A stretch of 64,000 nt of DNA from an uncultured Verrucomicrobiae bacterium. GTDB taxonomy: Bacteria; Verrucomicrobiota; Verrucomicrobiia; Chthoniobacterales; UBA10450. Positions within the stretch are counted from its first letter, which is position 1; each line of letters opens with the position of its first letter. Shown here in pieces: positions 18,277 to 27,726 of the stretch. The position numbers and the translations under genes are program-made. The notes beneath the pieces were generated by a model. The model did not search any database, was not told where the DNA came from, and saw nothing but the letters and a program-made list of their open reading frames with translations. The stretch spans positions 1,248,001 to 1,312,000 of the forward strand of contig CAVYXA010000001.1 in NCBI GenBank assembly GCA_963772365.1, written 5' to 3'.

Positions 18277-18963
18277 CTACAATCCGAGCACATCCTGCAT
18301 GCTGTAAAGTCCGGGCGACTTTCCAATCACCCATTTTGCTGCGCGCAATGCGCCTCGCGCAAAAATCTCACGACTGCTCGCCCGGTGCGTAATTTCCAAT
18401 CGCTCGCCGCTTCCTTTGAAGATCACGGTGTGATCGCCTACAATTTCTCCTTCACGGATCGACAGAATTACGATTTCCTTAAGGTCGCGGCGTGTTTCTT
18501 TTAAAATCTCGGCCAAGGTTTTAGCCGTTCCACTTGGCGCGTCTTTTTTGTTCGTATGATGAGCCTCGGTGATCTCGAGATCAAAGCTACCTCCTAGGAT
18601 CTCAGCGGCCTTCTTCGTTATTGCAAAGAGTACGTTCACACCAACGCTGAAGTTCGATGTATACACGATGGGCAAGCTCTGCGCCGTCTTCTCAATCAAT
18701 TCGCGTTGCTCGAAAGAATAGCCGGTTGTTCCAATGACAAGCGCTGTTCGATGTTTTAAAGCGGCGGCACAAATCTCGTCGTTGGCGGCGGCGTTGCTGA
18801 AGTCGATTGCAACATCGCACTGCTTCATCGCCGCCTCAATCGGATCGCCCAGGTCGCATTGGGCGACGATGTCGATGTTCGGATCACTTTCGGCAAGATC
18901 GACAATCGTTTTGCCCATCCGACCGGCTGCGCCAATTAATAACGCGCGAACCGGTTTGCTCAT
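18277..18963 (-). CDS. dapB: 4-hydroxy-tetrahydrodipicolinate reductase
   Basis: GAAGRMG, IGTTG, EAHHTNKKDAPSGTA. Confidence 0.96.
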   Translation of the reverse strand: MSKPVRALLIGAAGRMGKTIVDLAESDPNIDIVAQCDLGDPIEAAMKQCDVAIDFSNAAANDEICAAALKHRTALVIGTTGYSFEQRELIEKTAQSLPIVYTSNFSVGVNVLFAITKKAAEILGGSFDLEITEAHHTNKKDAPSGTAKTLAEILKETRRDLKEIVILSIREGEIVGDHTVIFKGSGERLEITHRASSREIFARGALRAAKWVIGKSPGLYSMQDVLGL

Positions 18964-19838
18964 TTTGCTTTTTCGAATTCCTCCAGCGTTTTGCGCAGAC
19001 GCGCCTGATTCGCTTCGCTCATTTCGCACAGGGGCAGGCGGACTTCACCCGACATCACTCGGCGCCAGGCAAGCGCCGTTTTCACCGGGACCGGATTCGG
19101 TTCGATAAACAAATCTTTGAATACGGCAAACATCCTTTCGTGTAATTGCTGGGCGGTTTTGGCATCCCCTGCTTCATAGGCGCGAACCAATGCGCATACT
19201 TGCGACGGATAAAGATTGGAAGCCACGCTCACAACTCCCGCAGCACCGACCGACAGGAACGGCAGAGTAAGCGAATCGTCGCCGCTCAAGATCGTAAATG
19301 AATCCGGAAGCCGCCGGCGCAGGTCGCTCACCCGCTCGACGCTCCCGCTTGCCTCCTTGATCGACACGGTGTTTTTGCATTCAGCAGCGAGACGCACAAC
19401 CGTTTCCGGTCCAATATCCACGCCGCAGCGGCCGGGAATGTTGTAAAGAATAATCGGCAAAGTCGTCGCTCGCGCGATGGTTTGAAAATGGCGAAACAAA
19501 CCCTCCTGGCTGGGCTTGTTGTAGTATGGAGCCACCAGCAACGCGCCGTCGGCCCCGAGTTTTTCGGCCAATTTTGTGTCGTTCACGGCATGTTGCGTGT
19601 TGTTTGAACCGGTGCCGGCAATCACCTGGCATCGCTTGTTCGCGATCGTGATGGCCAGCCGAATTACCTGCTCACGCTCGTCGGCTGAAAGGGTAGGCGA
19701 TTCTCCCGTTGTTCCAACGGCGACGATGCCTGTTATGCCGGCGGCAATCTGCGATTCGATCAGTTTCTCCAATGCGGCAGCGTCGACGCCGCCATCGCGA
19801 AATGGTGTGACCAGCGCTGTGAATGTGCCGCGAAACAT
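18960..19838 (-). CDS. dapA: 4-hydroxy-tetrahydrodipicolinate synthase
   Basis: GTTGES, PYYNKP, LYNIPGR, IKEASG. Confidence 0.97.
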   Translation of the reverse strand: MFRGTFTALVTPFRDGGVDAAALEKLIESQIAAGITGIVAVGTTGESPTLSADEREQVIRLAITIANKRCQVIAGTGSNNTQHAVNDTKLAEKLGADGALLVAPYYNKPSQEGLFRHFQTIARATTLPIILYNIPGRCGVDIGPETVVRLAAECKNTVSIKEASGSVERVSDLRRRLPDSFTILSGDDSLTLPFLSVGAAGVVSVASNLYPSQVCALVRAYEAGDAKTAQQLHERMFAVFKDLFIEPNPVPVKTALAWRRVMSGEVRLPLCEMSEANQARLRKTLEEFEKAK

Positions 19839-19852
19839 CTTCCAATTTGTAG

Positions 19853-20656
19853 CTAAATCTCGATTTGCCCTTCAAAAACAAACTCGGCCGGCCCGGTGAG
19901 CGTGACCTTCTCGAGCTGCTCACCCTTTTTCTCAAAGCCAACTTGTAATTCATCTCCCCCGCGCACGAGGACACAGATCGGACCATCGACATTTTCGATG
20001 GCAGCAAAAATCAACGCGCTCGCTACAACGCCCGTTCCGCAAGCAAGGGTCTCATCTTCCACTCCCCGCTCGTAAGTACGAATGGCAATTTCTCCTGGTC
20101 CGCGCTTTTCCAGGAAATTCACGTTTGCACCTTTGGGCGAAAAGCTTTCATGCTGGCGAATGGCGCAGCCTTCGCCGCGAACATCGACATCATCAATACG
20201 CGAAACCGGAACAACAACATGCGGCACACCACTGTTGATGAAATGGACCGCTCGTTGTTGTTTTCCGAGCGTCAGCGGAATGTTGAGCCGCAGATATGTC
20301 GGCTCGCTCATCTGCAATGTCACGAGATCACCGCGCAGTTCCGCGCCGATGACGCCAGCTGGAGTTTCAAAGGAAATCCTGCCCTTCGATCCGGCGAGCT
20401 TGTTCGCAAAACGAGTGAAACAACGAGCGCCATTGCCGCACATCTCGGCTTCGCCGCCGTCGCGATTGTAATAGCGCATCCGGAAATCGGCGCCATTCAA
20501 CGATTTTTCAAGCAGCAAAATTCCATCTGCGCCGATGCCCCGATGACGATCGCAAATCCGCGCGATCTGGTCCGGATTCAGATGAATGTCGCCGGCCCGA
20601 TTGTCGATCATCACGAAATCGTTTCCCGCGCCATTCATTTTGGTAAAGCGCACCAT
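19853..20656 (-). CDS. dapF: Diaminopimelate epimerase
   Basis: FTKMNGAGNDF, EMCGNG, ERGVEDETLACGTG. Confidence 0.97.
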   Translation of the reverse strand: MVRFTKMNGAGNDFVMIDNRAGDIHLNPDQIARICDRHRGIGADGILLLEKSLNGADFRMRYYNRDGGEAEMCGNGARCFTRFANKLAGSKGRISFETPAGVIGAELRGDLVTLQMSEPTYLRLNIPLTLGKQQRAVHFINSGVPHVVVPVSRIDDVDVRGEGCAIRQHESFSPKGANVNFLEKRGPGEIAIRTYERGVEDETLACGTGVVASALIFAAIENVDGPICVLVRGGDELQVGFEKKGEQLEKVTLTGPAEFVFEGQIEI

Positions 20657-20802
20657 GATGTCGATCTTACTCCAGCTTGTTATCATGTCGAGCGAAGCGA
20701 AAGAAAGTCGAGACATTCGGAGATTGGACCGAAAATTCCGCTTTTCACGGCCTGAATTCTCGCGTTCTTAATTATTAGTTTTACTAGTTAACTCAGGAAA
20801 AC

Positions 20803-21099
20803 ATGTGCCGAAACATCAAGACTCTGCATAATTTTCATCCACCGGCGTCGGATGACGAGATTCGCGCGTCGTCGCTGCAATTCGTTCGGAAACTGTCCGG
20901 ATTTACCAAGCCGTCGAATGCCAACGAAGAGGCTTTCGCTCGCGCGGTAGACGAAGTCTCGCACGCCGCACATCATCTGCTCGATTCGCTGGTAGCGAAT
21001 GCGCCGCCGCGCAATCGTGAAACGGAGGCGTTGAAGGCGCGTGCGTGTTCGGCGAAGCGGTTTGGCAGAGCCGCGATTCAGAACGGAAATGGACATTGA
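20803..21099 (+). CDS. DUF2277 family protein
   Basis: MCRNIKTLHNFHPPA...SLQFVRKLSG signature. Confidence 0.85.
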   Translation: MCRNIKTLHNFHPPASDDEIRASSLQFVRKLSGFTKPSNANEEAFARAVDEVSHAAHHLLDSLVANAPPRNRETEALKARACSAKRFGRAAIQNGNGH

Positions 21100-21120
21100 T
21101 CATTCGAGGAATCTTTCCCG

Positions 21121-21474
21121 ATGAAGAAATTATTTGTTGTCACCAGAGTGCGCGGGAAAGCGTGGGATTCGAGTAAACCGATGCGGTCTCAAAAACTATG
21201 GGAGGAACACGCCGCCTTCATGGACGACCTGGCCACGAATCGATTCGTGACTTTAGGTGGGCCTCTTGACGATGGACCAAAAACGTTGCTCGTGATCGAT
21301 GCCAGCGATGAAGCGGAAATTCGAAATACCCTTGCTCGCGATCCGTGGAGCAAGTCGGGCATCCTTGAACTGCAATCGGTCGAATTATGGACGGTCCTAC
21401 TTCAGGCCGGACCAGCCATTCGCGTGATGCCCTCGGCTCAGGAGCCGGTCGGATCCAACGCTCGCGCCTCGTAA
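21121..21474 (+). CDS. YciI-like protein
   Basis: EHAAFM, LGGPL, ARDPW motifs. Confidence 0.75.
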   Translation: MKKLFVVTRVRGKAWDSSKPMRSQKLWEEHAAFMDDLATNRFVTLGGPLDDGPKTLLVIDASDEAEIRNTLARDPWSKSGILELQSVELWTVLLQAGPAIRVMPSAQEPVGSNARAS

Positions 21475-21478
21475 ATTT

Positions 21479-21537
21479 TGTAGGGCAAGCGCATCGCTTG
21501 CCGATTTCGGATTGGCAGCCGGAGCGGCCGTCCTACA
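21479..21537. repeat. GTAG-type REP doublet
   Basis: TGTAGGGCAAGCG..CGCTTGCC ... GGCAGCC..GGCCGTCCTACA. Confidence 0.7.
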
Positions 21538-21548
21538 ATGGAATCGAA

Positions 21549-21977
21549 ATGAGCAAAGGTTTCGAGAGCAAGCGCGCGCCCGAACCAGTCGGCGCATTTC
21601 CGCACGCCAAGCGCGTCGGCAACTTACTTTTCCTTTCGGGGATCGGACCGCGAAAACGCGGGAGCAAAGAGATTCCCGGTGTCACGCTGGGATCTGACGG
21701 CAGGATCGACAGCTACGATATCGAAACGCAATGTCGTGCGGTCTTTGAAAATGTGCGGCTCGTGTTGGAAGACGCCGGTGCAACCTGGAACGATATTGTC
21801 GACGTGACGGTCTTCCTCACCAACATGAAGAACGACTTTCCGGCCTACAACAAGCTCTACGCCGAATATTTCGCGGGCGAGGGAAAACCAAACCCGACCC
21901 GCACCACGATCGAAGTCGGTTCATTGCCGACTCCGATTGCGATCGAGCTAAAAGTGATTGCGGTAGCAGCCAGGTAG
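21549..21977 (+). CDS. RidA/YjgF family protein (possible 2-aminomuconate deaminase)
   Basis: APEPVGAFPHA, LFLSG, PTRTT, IELK; close to kynU/kmo. Confidence 0.85.
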   Translation: MSKGFESKRAPEPVGAFPHAKRVGNLLFLSGIGPRKRGSKEIPGVTLGSDGRIDSYDIETQCRAVFENVRLVLEDAGATWNDIVDVTVFLTNMKNDFPAYNKLYAEYFAGEGKPNPTRTTIEVGSLPTPIAIELKVIAVAAR

Positions 21978-22024
21978 GGGCGATTGACCTCAATCGCCCC
22001 CGGTCGTTTGTTCCGATTACGAGT

Positions 22025-22492
22025 ATGAGCACGAGTAGGAAGTTCCGGATCGTCGCTGTCGATCATACCGGCTTCACGGTTTCAAATCTCGAGCGCTCGC
22101 TAGAATTTTGGCGTGACGTTCTCGGGTTCGAGCTCTCTCATCGGCCGCACCAAACCGGCGATCTTGCCAGCGAAATCACTGGAGTCGCCGGTGCCGAGAT
22201 TCAAATCGCCGTGCTCAAAGGCTACGGTCATAAAATCGAGTTGCTCGAGTATCTGGCGCCTGTCGATCGCAGACATGCCGATCTTCGGCCATGTGATGTG
22301 GGATTCGTTCATGTCGCGCTCGTGGTAGACAATCTCGATGCGATTCTGGAACGAATCGCCGCGGTGGATTGGAAAGCTGCCGGCAAACCGCAGACGCTGA
22401 CTGCCGGGCCGAACGCTGGCAAACGCGTCGTTTACGTCCGCGATCCGGATGGCACCACGATCGAGTTCATGGAGTTGCCGCGGGATGGCTGA
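22025..22492 (+). CDS. VOC/glyoxalase family protein
   Basis: HTGFTVSNLERSLEFW, IELLEY, HVAL, RDPDGTTIEF. Confidence 0.88.
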   Translation: MSTSRKFRIVAVDHTGFTVSNLERSLEFWRDVLGFELSHRPHQTGDLASEITGVAGAEIQIAVLKGYGHKIELLEYLAPVDRRHADLRPCDVGFVHVALVVDNLDAILERIAAVDWKAAGKPQTLTAGPNAGKRVVYVRDPDGTTIEFMELPRDG

Positions 22493-23747
22493 GAGTTCCG
22501 CGCGCGACGTTTTTGTAGACGACGCCAGCTTTCATGACGAAAACGACGCGCCGCACTGCGGTGATGTCTTTGAGCGGATCGCCATCGAGCGCGATGATAT
22601 CGGCTTCGTATCCGGGTACGATGGAGCCAATGCGATTACCCATGCGCATGGCTTCAGCGGCTAGCGAGTTTGCAGAAACCATGGCGCTCATCGGATCGAC
22701 ACCGGCATCGCGGACGCGATCGATGAATTCCTCGGCGTTGCGACCGTGCGAGCCCGCAAGCGCGTCCGTGCCGAACACCATTTTGAGTCGGGGAATCTTG
22801 CTAGCCTGGCGGACAATATCGTGGTCACGCGACAAGGCCCGTTCCATCGCGGCGAACCCCTCCTCGGTGTAACCTTCCGTCCCGAGGAATCGGTCCTTGT
22901 TAGCGAGATAATTCTCGATCACGAGTCCAGCTTGCGGATCGAAGTAAGTGCCGTGCTCAGCCAAGACTTTCAGATCGTCATCGGTCGCCAGCGTGCCGTG
23001 CTCGACCTCGGTGCAACCAGCAAGCGCGGCGGCACGCACCGCGTCCTTGTAAGCGTGCACGAGCGTGCGCAAACCAAGTTTGTTAGCCTCGCCGCAAGCG
23101 GCATTGAGCTGTTCTTGCGAGAGCGTCATTCCGCCGCCCTGCCGTATGGAAGCCGACGCAAAAATTTTGATGAGATCCGCGCCGGCTTGCTTCTGCTTGC
23201 GTACGAACGCGCGAATCTCATCGGGTGTTCCCGTTTTCTCGCCTTTACCTACGAGCGGCTCCACCGCTGTGAGAATGCGCGGCCCTGGGATCGCTCCTTT
23301 TGCAATCGCGTCACGCAACGGGAGGTCCATAGGTGAGCCGACGCTCTGCACGGTGGTAAAGCCGGCCATTAACGTCACCCAGGCGTTTGATGCTGATTGA
23401 TACGCGGCGAACTGCGTGGTCTCCTCCGGTCCCGCGTTCTTGCCGTCGGGGCCGAAACTCCACGTGATATGAACGTGCGAATCGATCCAACCGGGGATCA
23501 CGGTGAAGCCACCCAGATCGTAATCGACGGGCGAAGCCTTCGGATCGAGCGCCACGATCTTCGAGCCTTCAACCACTAGGCGCGTATCGTGCAGGACGTG
23601 GCCACGCCCATCGAGCAGCGTACTCGCCCCGATCACGATGCGCTTTTTACCCGCCTCGCCAGTCGCGCATTTAATCTGCGGAATCGCGAACATGATGAGG
23701 ATAACTGAAAGGACGAAAATGAATTTGGTGAATCGCATCACGAGCAA
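22467..23747 (-). CDS. Secreted metal-dependent amidohydrolase
   Basis: PGWIDSHVH, IKIF, HAY, EHG, GTD, ADIIALDGDPL. Confidence 0.9.
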   Translation of the reverse strand: MLVMRFTKFIFVLSVILIMFAIPQIKCATGEAGKKRIVIGASTLLDGRGHVLHDTRLVVEGSKIVALDPKASPVDYDLGGFTVIPGWIDSHVHITWSFGPDGKNAGPEETTQFAAYQSASNAWVTLMAGFTTVQSVGSPMDLPLRDAIAKGAIPGPRILTAVEPLVGKGEKTGTPDEIRAFVRKQKQAGADLIKIFASASIRQGGGMTLSQEQLNAACGEANKLGLRTLVHAYKDAVRAAALAGCTEVEHGTLATDDDLKVLAEHGTYFDPQAGLVIENYLANKDRFLGTEGYTEEGFAAMERALSRDHDIVRQASKIPRLKMVFGTDALAGSHGRNAEEFIDRVRDAGVDPMSAMVSANSLAAEAMRMGNRIGSIVPGYEADIIALDGDPLKDITAVRRVVFVMKAGVVYKNVARGTLSHPAATP

Positions 23748-23856
23748 TACCGTTCTGATCGCAAATCGATTTCGCCGTGTCGAGCGCGAATTGCGCGCAG
23801 ATCACGCAAAACCACTCGACACTCGTGCACGGACCGGAATGCTGAGCTAAGATCGC

Positions 23857-25134
23857 GTGATGGAATTTTCGTCGGACGAGCATTTTGCAATTCAACTAGA
23901 CCGCGAGGATCCGCTCAACCGGTTTCGCGGTAAGTTCCACCTACCGCTTGGGAAAGATGGAAACCCGGTGATTTACCTCGCCGGCAATTCGCTTGGTCTG
24001 ATGCCCAAAGATGCGCGAGCGATTGTCGATCAAGAGTTGGATAACTGGGCAAAGCTCGGGGTGGATGCGCATCATGCCACAGGCACGCCATGGTATTCGT
24101 ACCACGAGCAGTTTCGCGAATCAATGGCGCGATTGGCCGGGGCGAGACCTGTCGAGGTCGTCTGCATGAACAGCCTCACCGTGAATCTGCACCTTATGAT
24201 GGCGACCTTTTATCAGCCGACAAGATCACGCTTCGAGGTTCTGATGGATGATCCAGCGTTTCCCTCCGACACTTACGCGATCAAGACACAGATCGTGCAG
24301 CGTGGGCTCGATCCGCGCGAAGCGCTCGTCCTGGTCCGGCCGCGCAAAGACGAATTCGCCATCCGCACCGAAGACATTGTCGATCTTATTGAGAAAAATC
24401 GCGAACAACTCGCCGTCGTAATGTTCGCAGGCGTGAACTTTTTCACTGGCCAGCTTTATGACATTGAGGCGATCACAGCTGCGGCGCAGAAGCAGGGAGC
24501 CATCATCGGATTCGATCTCGCCCACGCGATCGGCAATGTCCCCCTCAAGCTGCATGACTGGAACGTCGATTTCGCAGTCTGGTGCTCTTATAAATATCTC
24601 AATGCCGGGCCAGGCGCGATCGGCGGCGCCTTCATTCACGAACGCCACGTCAAGAATACGAAATTACCTCGGCTCGCTGGCTGGTTCGGGAACGATCCGA
24701 ATACCCGATTTCGTTTGCATCTGGAACCAGAGTTTGTGCCGGTTCCATCAGCCGATGCCTGGCAAATCAGTAATCCACCCATTTTTTCAATGGCCCCATT
24801 GCGCGCTTCATTGTCGATCTTCGATGAAGCGGGTGGAATGGAACCTCTTCGGGCGAAGTCGATCAGGTTGACGGGCTATCTTCAGTTCCTGCTAGAACGA
24901 GCCGGTTCAAACCGGTTCAACGTGATCACGCCGCGCGAAACGAATACGCACGGCTGTCAATTGTCGATCCTGGCGCAAGAAAATCCCAAGGAGCTGTTCA
25001 GCAAACTCAAAGCCGCTGATGTGAAATGCGATTTCCGCGAACCGGACGTCATCCGCGTCGCTCCCACGCCACTTTATAATACTTTTCAAGAAGTCTGGCG
25101 CTTTGTCAGAATCCTGACTGAGCATCAGGGATAG
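23857..25134 (+). CDS. kynU: Kynureninase
   Basis: GNSLGL, DLAHAIGN, WCSYKYLNAGPG, LAGWFG, CDFREPDVIR. Confidence 0.96.
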   Translation: MMEFSSDEHFAIQLDREDPLNRFRGKFHLPLGKDGNPVIYLAGNSLGLMPKDARAIVDQELDNWAKLGVDAHHATGTPWYSYHEQFRESMARLAGARPVEVVCMNSLTVNLHLMMATFYQPTRSRFEVLMDDPAFPSDTYAIKTQIVQRGLDPREALVLVRPRKDEFAIRTEDIVDLIEKNREQLAVVMFAGVNFFTGQLYDIEAITAAAQKQGAIIGFDLAHAIGNVPLKLHDWNVDFAVWCSYKYLNAGPGAIGGAFIHERHVKNTKLPRLAGWFGNDPNTRFRLHLEPEFVPVPSADAWQISNPPIFSMAPLRASLSIFDEAGGMEPLRAKSIRLTGYLQFLLERAGSNRFNVITPRETNTHGCQLSILAQENPKELFSKLKAADVKCDFREPDVIRVAPTPLYNTFQEVWRFVRILTEHQG

Positions 25135-25143
25135 CCAGCCGGT

Positions 25144-25563
25144 TCAGGCAAACAATTCCTTTACGCAACTGATTAGCAGTTGAATCGAGAACGGCTTAAC
25201 GAGGTATTTCACCTCGTGCTGGTTGAAAAAGAGAGCGATGTTCGGGTCGGCAGCAAAGCCGGTGATGAAAATGAATCGATCAGACAACGATGGCCGCATT
25301 TCCGCCGCTCTGAGATAAAATTGATCCCCGCGCAATTTTGGCATCTTGAGGTCACAGATCACGGCATCGTACTCATGCGCTTTGACCTTGAGCAAGGCGT
25401 CCTCACCGTCGAATGCGGTATCGACCAGAAAATTTTCGTCGGCCAGGATCCACTGCAAAGCCGAGGCCAATTGCTTATCGTCATCGACAACCAAAATCGC
25501 TCTCAGTTCGAGAGTGTTAGTCGGCAGCTCAAGTTCATCCGGTTCCGGCTCAAATTGTCTCAT
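25144..25563 (-). CDS. Single-domain response regulator
   Basis: ILVVDDD, CDLKMP, ITG, KPF; start uncertain. Confidence 0.88.
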   Translation of the reverse strand: MRQFEPEPDELELPTNTLELRAILVVDDDKQLASALQWILADENFLVDTAFDGEDALLKVKAHEYDAVICDLKMPKLRGDQFYLRAAEMRPSLSDRFIFITGFAADPNIALFFNQHEVKYLVKPFSIQLLISCVKELFA

Positions 25564-25645
25564 CTGAAGCTGACCTCTCAAGCAACCTCGATGCCAGTTA
25601 AACTGGCTTCCTGAGCATTGCGTTTTTGGTGGAGCTTGTGCGAGC

Positions 25646-26974
25646 TTGTCTCGATTGAACGCAAAATTCATCTTGATTGGCAGCGGTTTGGCGGGCGGAT
25701 TGCTGGCCGCCTATCTGGGCCGGCGCGGATACGATGTCGATCTTTACGAGCGACGGAGCGACCCGCGCGAAGGCAACATCGTGGGTGGTCGCTCGATCAA
25801 TCTCGCGCTTTCCACCCGGGGAATTCATGCGCTCGAACAAATCGGCATTGCCAATGAAGTTTTGCGGCACGCGATTCCGATGCGGGGCCGAATGATTCAC
25901 GACAAATCGGGCGAGCTTCACTTCAGCTCCTACGATGTCGATCCAAACAAATGTATTAACTCGATAGGCCGGGCCGCGCTGAACACAACGGTGATCGAAG
26001 CGGCCCAGCGCTATCCAAATGTCCGTGTGCAATTCAACCACAAATGCATCGATGTCGACCTTGATGGACCGATGGCGAATTTGGAAACTTCGGCCGGCAA
26101 TGTCACAGCGCATGGCGACGCCGTGATCGGCGTCGATGGCGCATTTTCCGCCGTGCGCCAGTCGATGCAGCGCACGATTGACAATTTTCAACACGACGAG
26201 AGCTATCTGGCCCACGGCTACAAGGAACTCACGATTCCTCCGGCGCCGGATGGCTCGTGGCAAATGGAAAAGAACGCGCTCCACATCTGGCCGCGAAAAA
26301 GTTTCATGATGATTGCCCTGCCGAATCCGGATGGCTCGTTTACCTGCACGCTATTTTGGGAGTTTGAAGGACCGCGCAGTTTTGCCACCGTAAAGACCGA
26401 TGAAGATGTCCGCCGATTCTTCGATCAGGAGTTTCCCGATGCCGTCCCGCTCATGCCGACTTTACTGGACGATTTCCGCGAAAACCCAACCGGATCACTG
26501 GTGACAATCCGCTGCGGGCCATGGTTCTATCGCGACAAAGTTTGTTTGGTTGGCGATGCCGCGCATGCGGTCGTGCCGTTTTATGGGCAGGGAATGAATG
26601 CCGCGTTTGAAGATTGTGTCGTGCTCGACGAATGCCTGGCTAAATTTCCGCAGGATCGACAACGGGCCTTTACCGAATACTTCGACAAACGGAAAGAGAA
26701 CGCTGATGCGTTAGCTCATCTTGCGGTCGAAAATTTCATCGAGATGCGCGACAAAACCGCTTCACGCAGCTTTCGCGCAAAGAAGAAGCTCGATCATTTC
26801 CTCGAAGCCGCTCTTCCCGGAATTTACCTGCCGCTTTACACGATGGTCACGTTCACCCGCATTCCGTATTCCGCCGCGGCGAGTCGGGCGCAAAGGCAAG
26901 ACCGACTTGTTTACGGCACACTTGCTGTGCTAGTCCTCGCTGCGCTGATGATCCTCCTTGTAGCGGTTGTCTGA
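25646..26974 (+). CDS. kmo: Kynurenine 3-monooxygenase
   Basis: GSGLAG, GRSINLALSTRG, LHIWPR, GDAAHAVVPFYGQGMNAAFED. Confidence 0.95.
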   Translation: MSRLNAKFILIGSGLAGGLLAAYLGRRGYDVDLYERRSDPREGNIVGGRSINLALSTRGIHALEQIGIANEVLRHAIPMRGRMIHDKSGELHFSSYDVDPNKCINSIGRAALNTTVIEAAQRYPNVRVQFNHKCIDVDLDGPMANLETSAGNVTAHGDAVIGVDGAFSAVRQSMQRTIDNFQHDESYLAHGYKELTIPPAPDGSWQMEKNALHIWPRKSFMMIALPNPDGSFTCTLFWEFEGPRSFATVKTDEDVRRFFDQEFPDAVPLMPTLLDDFRENPTGSLVTIRCGPWFYRDKVCLVGDAAHAVVPFYGQGMNAAFEDCVVLDECLAKFPQDRQRAFTEYFDKRKENADALAHLAVENFIEMRDKTASRSFRAKKKLDHFLEAALPGIYLPLYTMVTFTRIPYSAAASRAQRQDRLVYGTLAVLVLAALMILLVAVV

Positions 26975-27041
26975 TCGGTTGCTGCCTTCAAACTTGACGC
27001 GTTGGATCAAGCGACATCACGCTAGGACTTTAGCCAAGAAC

Positions 27042-27614
27042 ATGATCGAGAAATTCTTTCTAGCTTTTATTCCGCTGTTTGTCGCTGTCGATCCGATCGG
27101 GCTTGTCGCCATTTTTATCGGTCTGGGCACAGGCGCGTCGCACGAACATCGAAAACACCAGGCGTTTCTCGGAATTTTTACCGGCTTGTGCGTGGCCGTC
27201 GGTTTCATTTTTCTCGGCAGAGCCATTTTCGCTGCCCTCGGAATCACGGTCGCAGATTTTCAGGTGGCGGGAGGATTAATCCTCCTGTTGCTGGCTGTAC
27301 GTGAGTTGGTCGACATTGGGCCGCACGATCGCGGCGGCAGCGATGAGTTCGGTGTCGTGCCGCTGGGCATGCCTCTCATTGCCGGACCGGCGCTGCTAAC
27401 TGCGTTGTTAATTTTGGTGGACACGGTCGGGCTGTTTTTCACGCTTTTGTCCCTGGTGATTAATCTCGCACTCGTGGCGGTCGCGCTCTGCAATGCTGAG
27501 CGATTCACGCGCTGGATGGGAAAACAGGGGCTGCGTGGTGTCTCGAAGATCATCGCCCTCCTGTTGGCCGCGATCGCCATCAGTCTGATTCGGCGCGGTT
27601 GGAAGGCGGGTTGA
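27042..27614 (+). CDS. MarC family membrane protein
   Basis: LFVAVDPIG, FQVAGG, VPLGMPLIAGP. Confidence 0.9.
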   Translation: MIEKFFLAFIPLFVAVDPIGLVAIFIGLGTGASHEHRKHQAFLGIFTGLCVAVGFIFLGRAIFAALGITVADFQVAGGLILLLLAVRELVDIGPHDRGGSDEFGVVPLGMPLIAGPALLTALLILVDTVGLFFTLLSLVINLALVAVALCNAERFTRWMGKQGLRGVSKIIALLLAAIAISLIRRGWKAG

Positions 27615-27688
27615 GTTTCGGAAACCCGCAAATCCAAAGTCGCCGCGGCAATCGATTTAGAGTAGAAAATGGATCAGATCGCGGTCTA

Positions 27689-27716
27689 TTGACACCCGGT
27701 CACCCCTTGTTACTAT
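27689..27716 (+). promoter_or_regulatory. Putative sigma70 promoter of hpnH-shc
   Basis: TTGACA-16 bp-TACTAT with TG extension, ending 10 nt before the ATG (very short leader, no SD). Confidence 0.55.
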
Positions 27717-27726
27717 CCTCGCTCCT

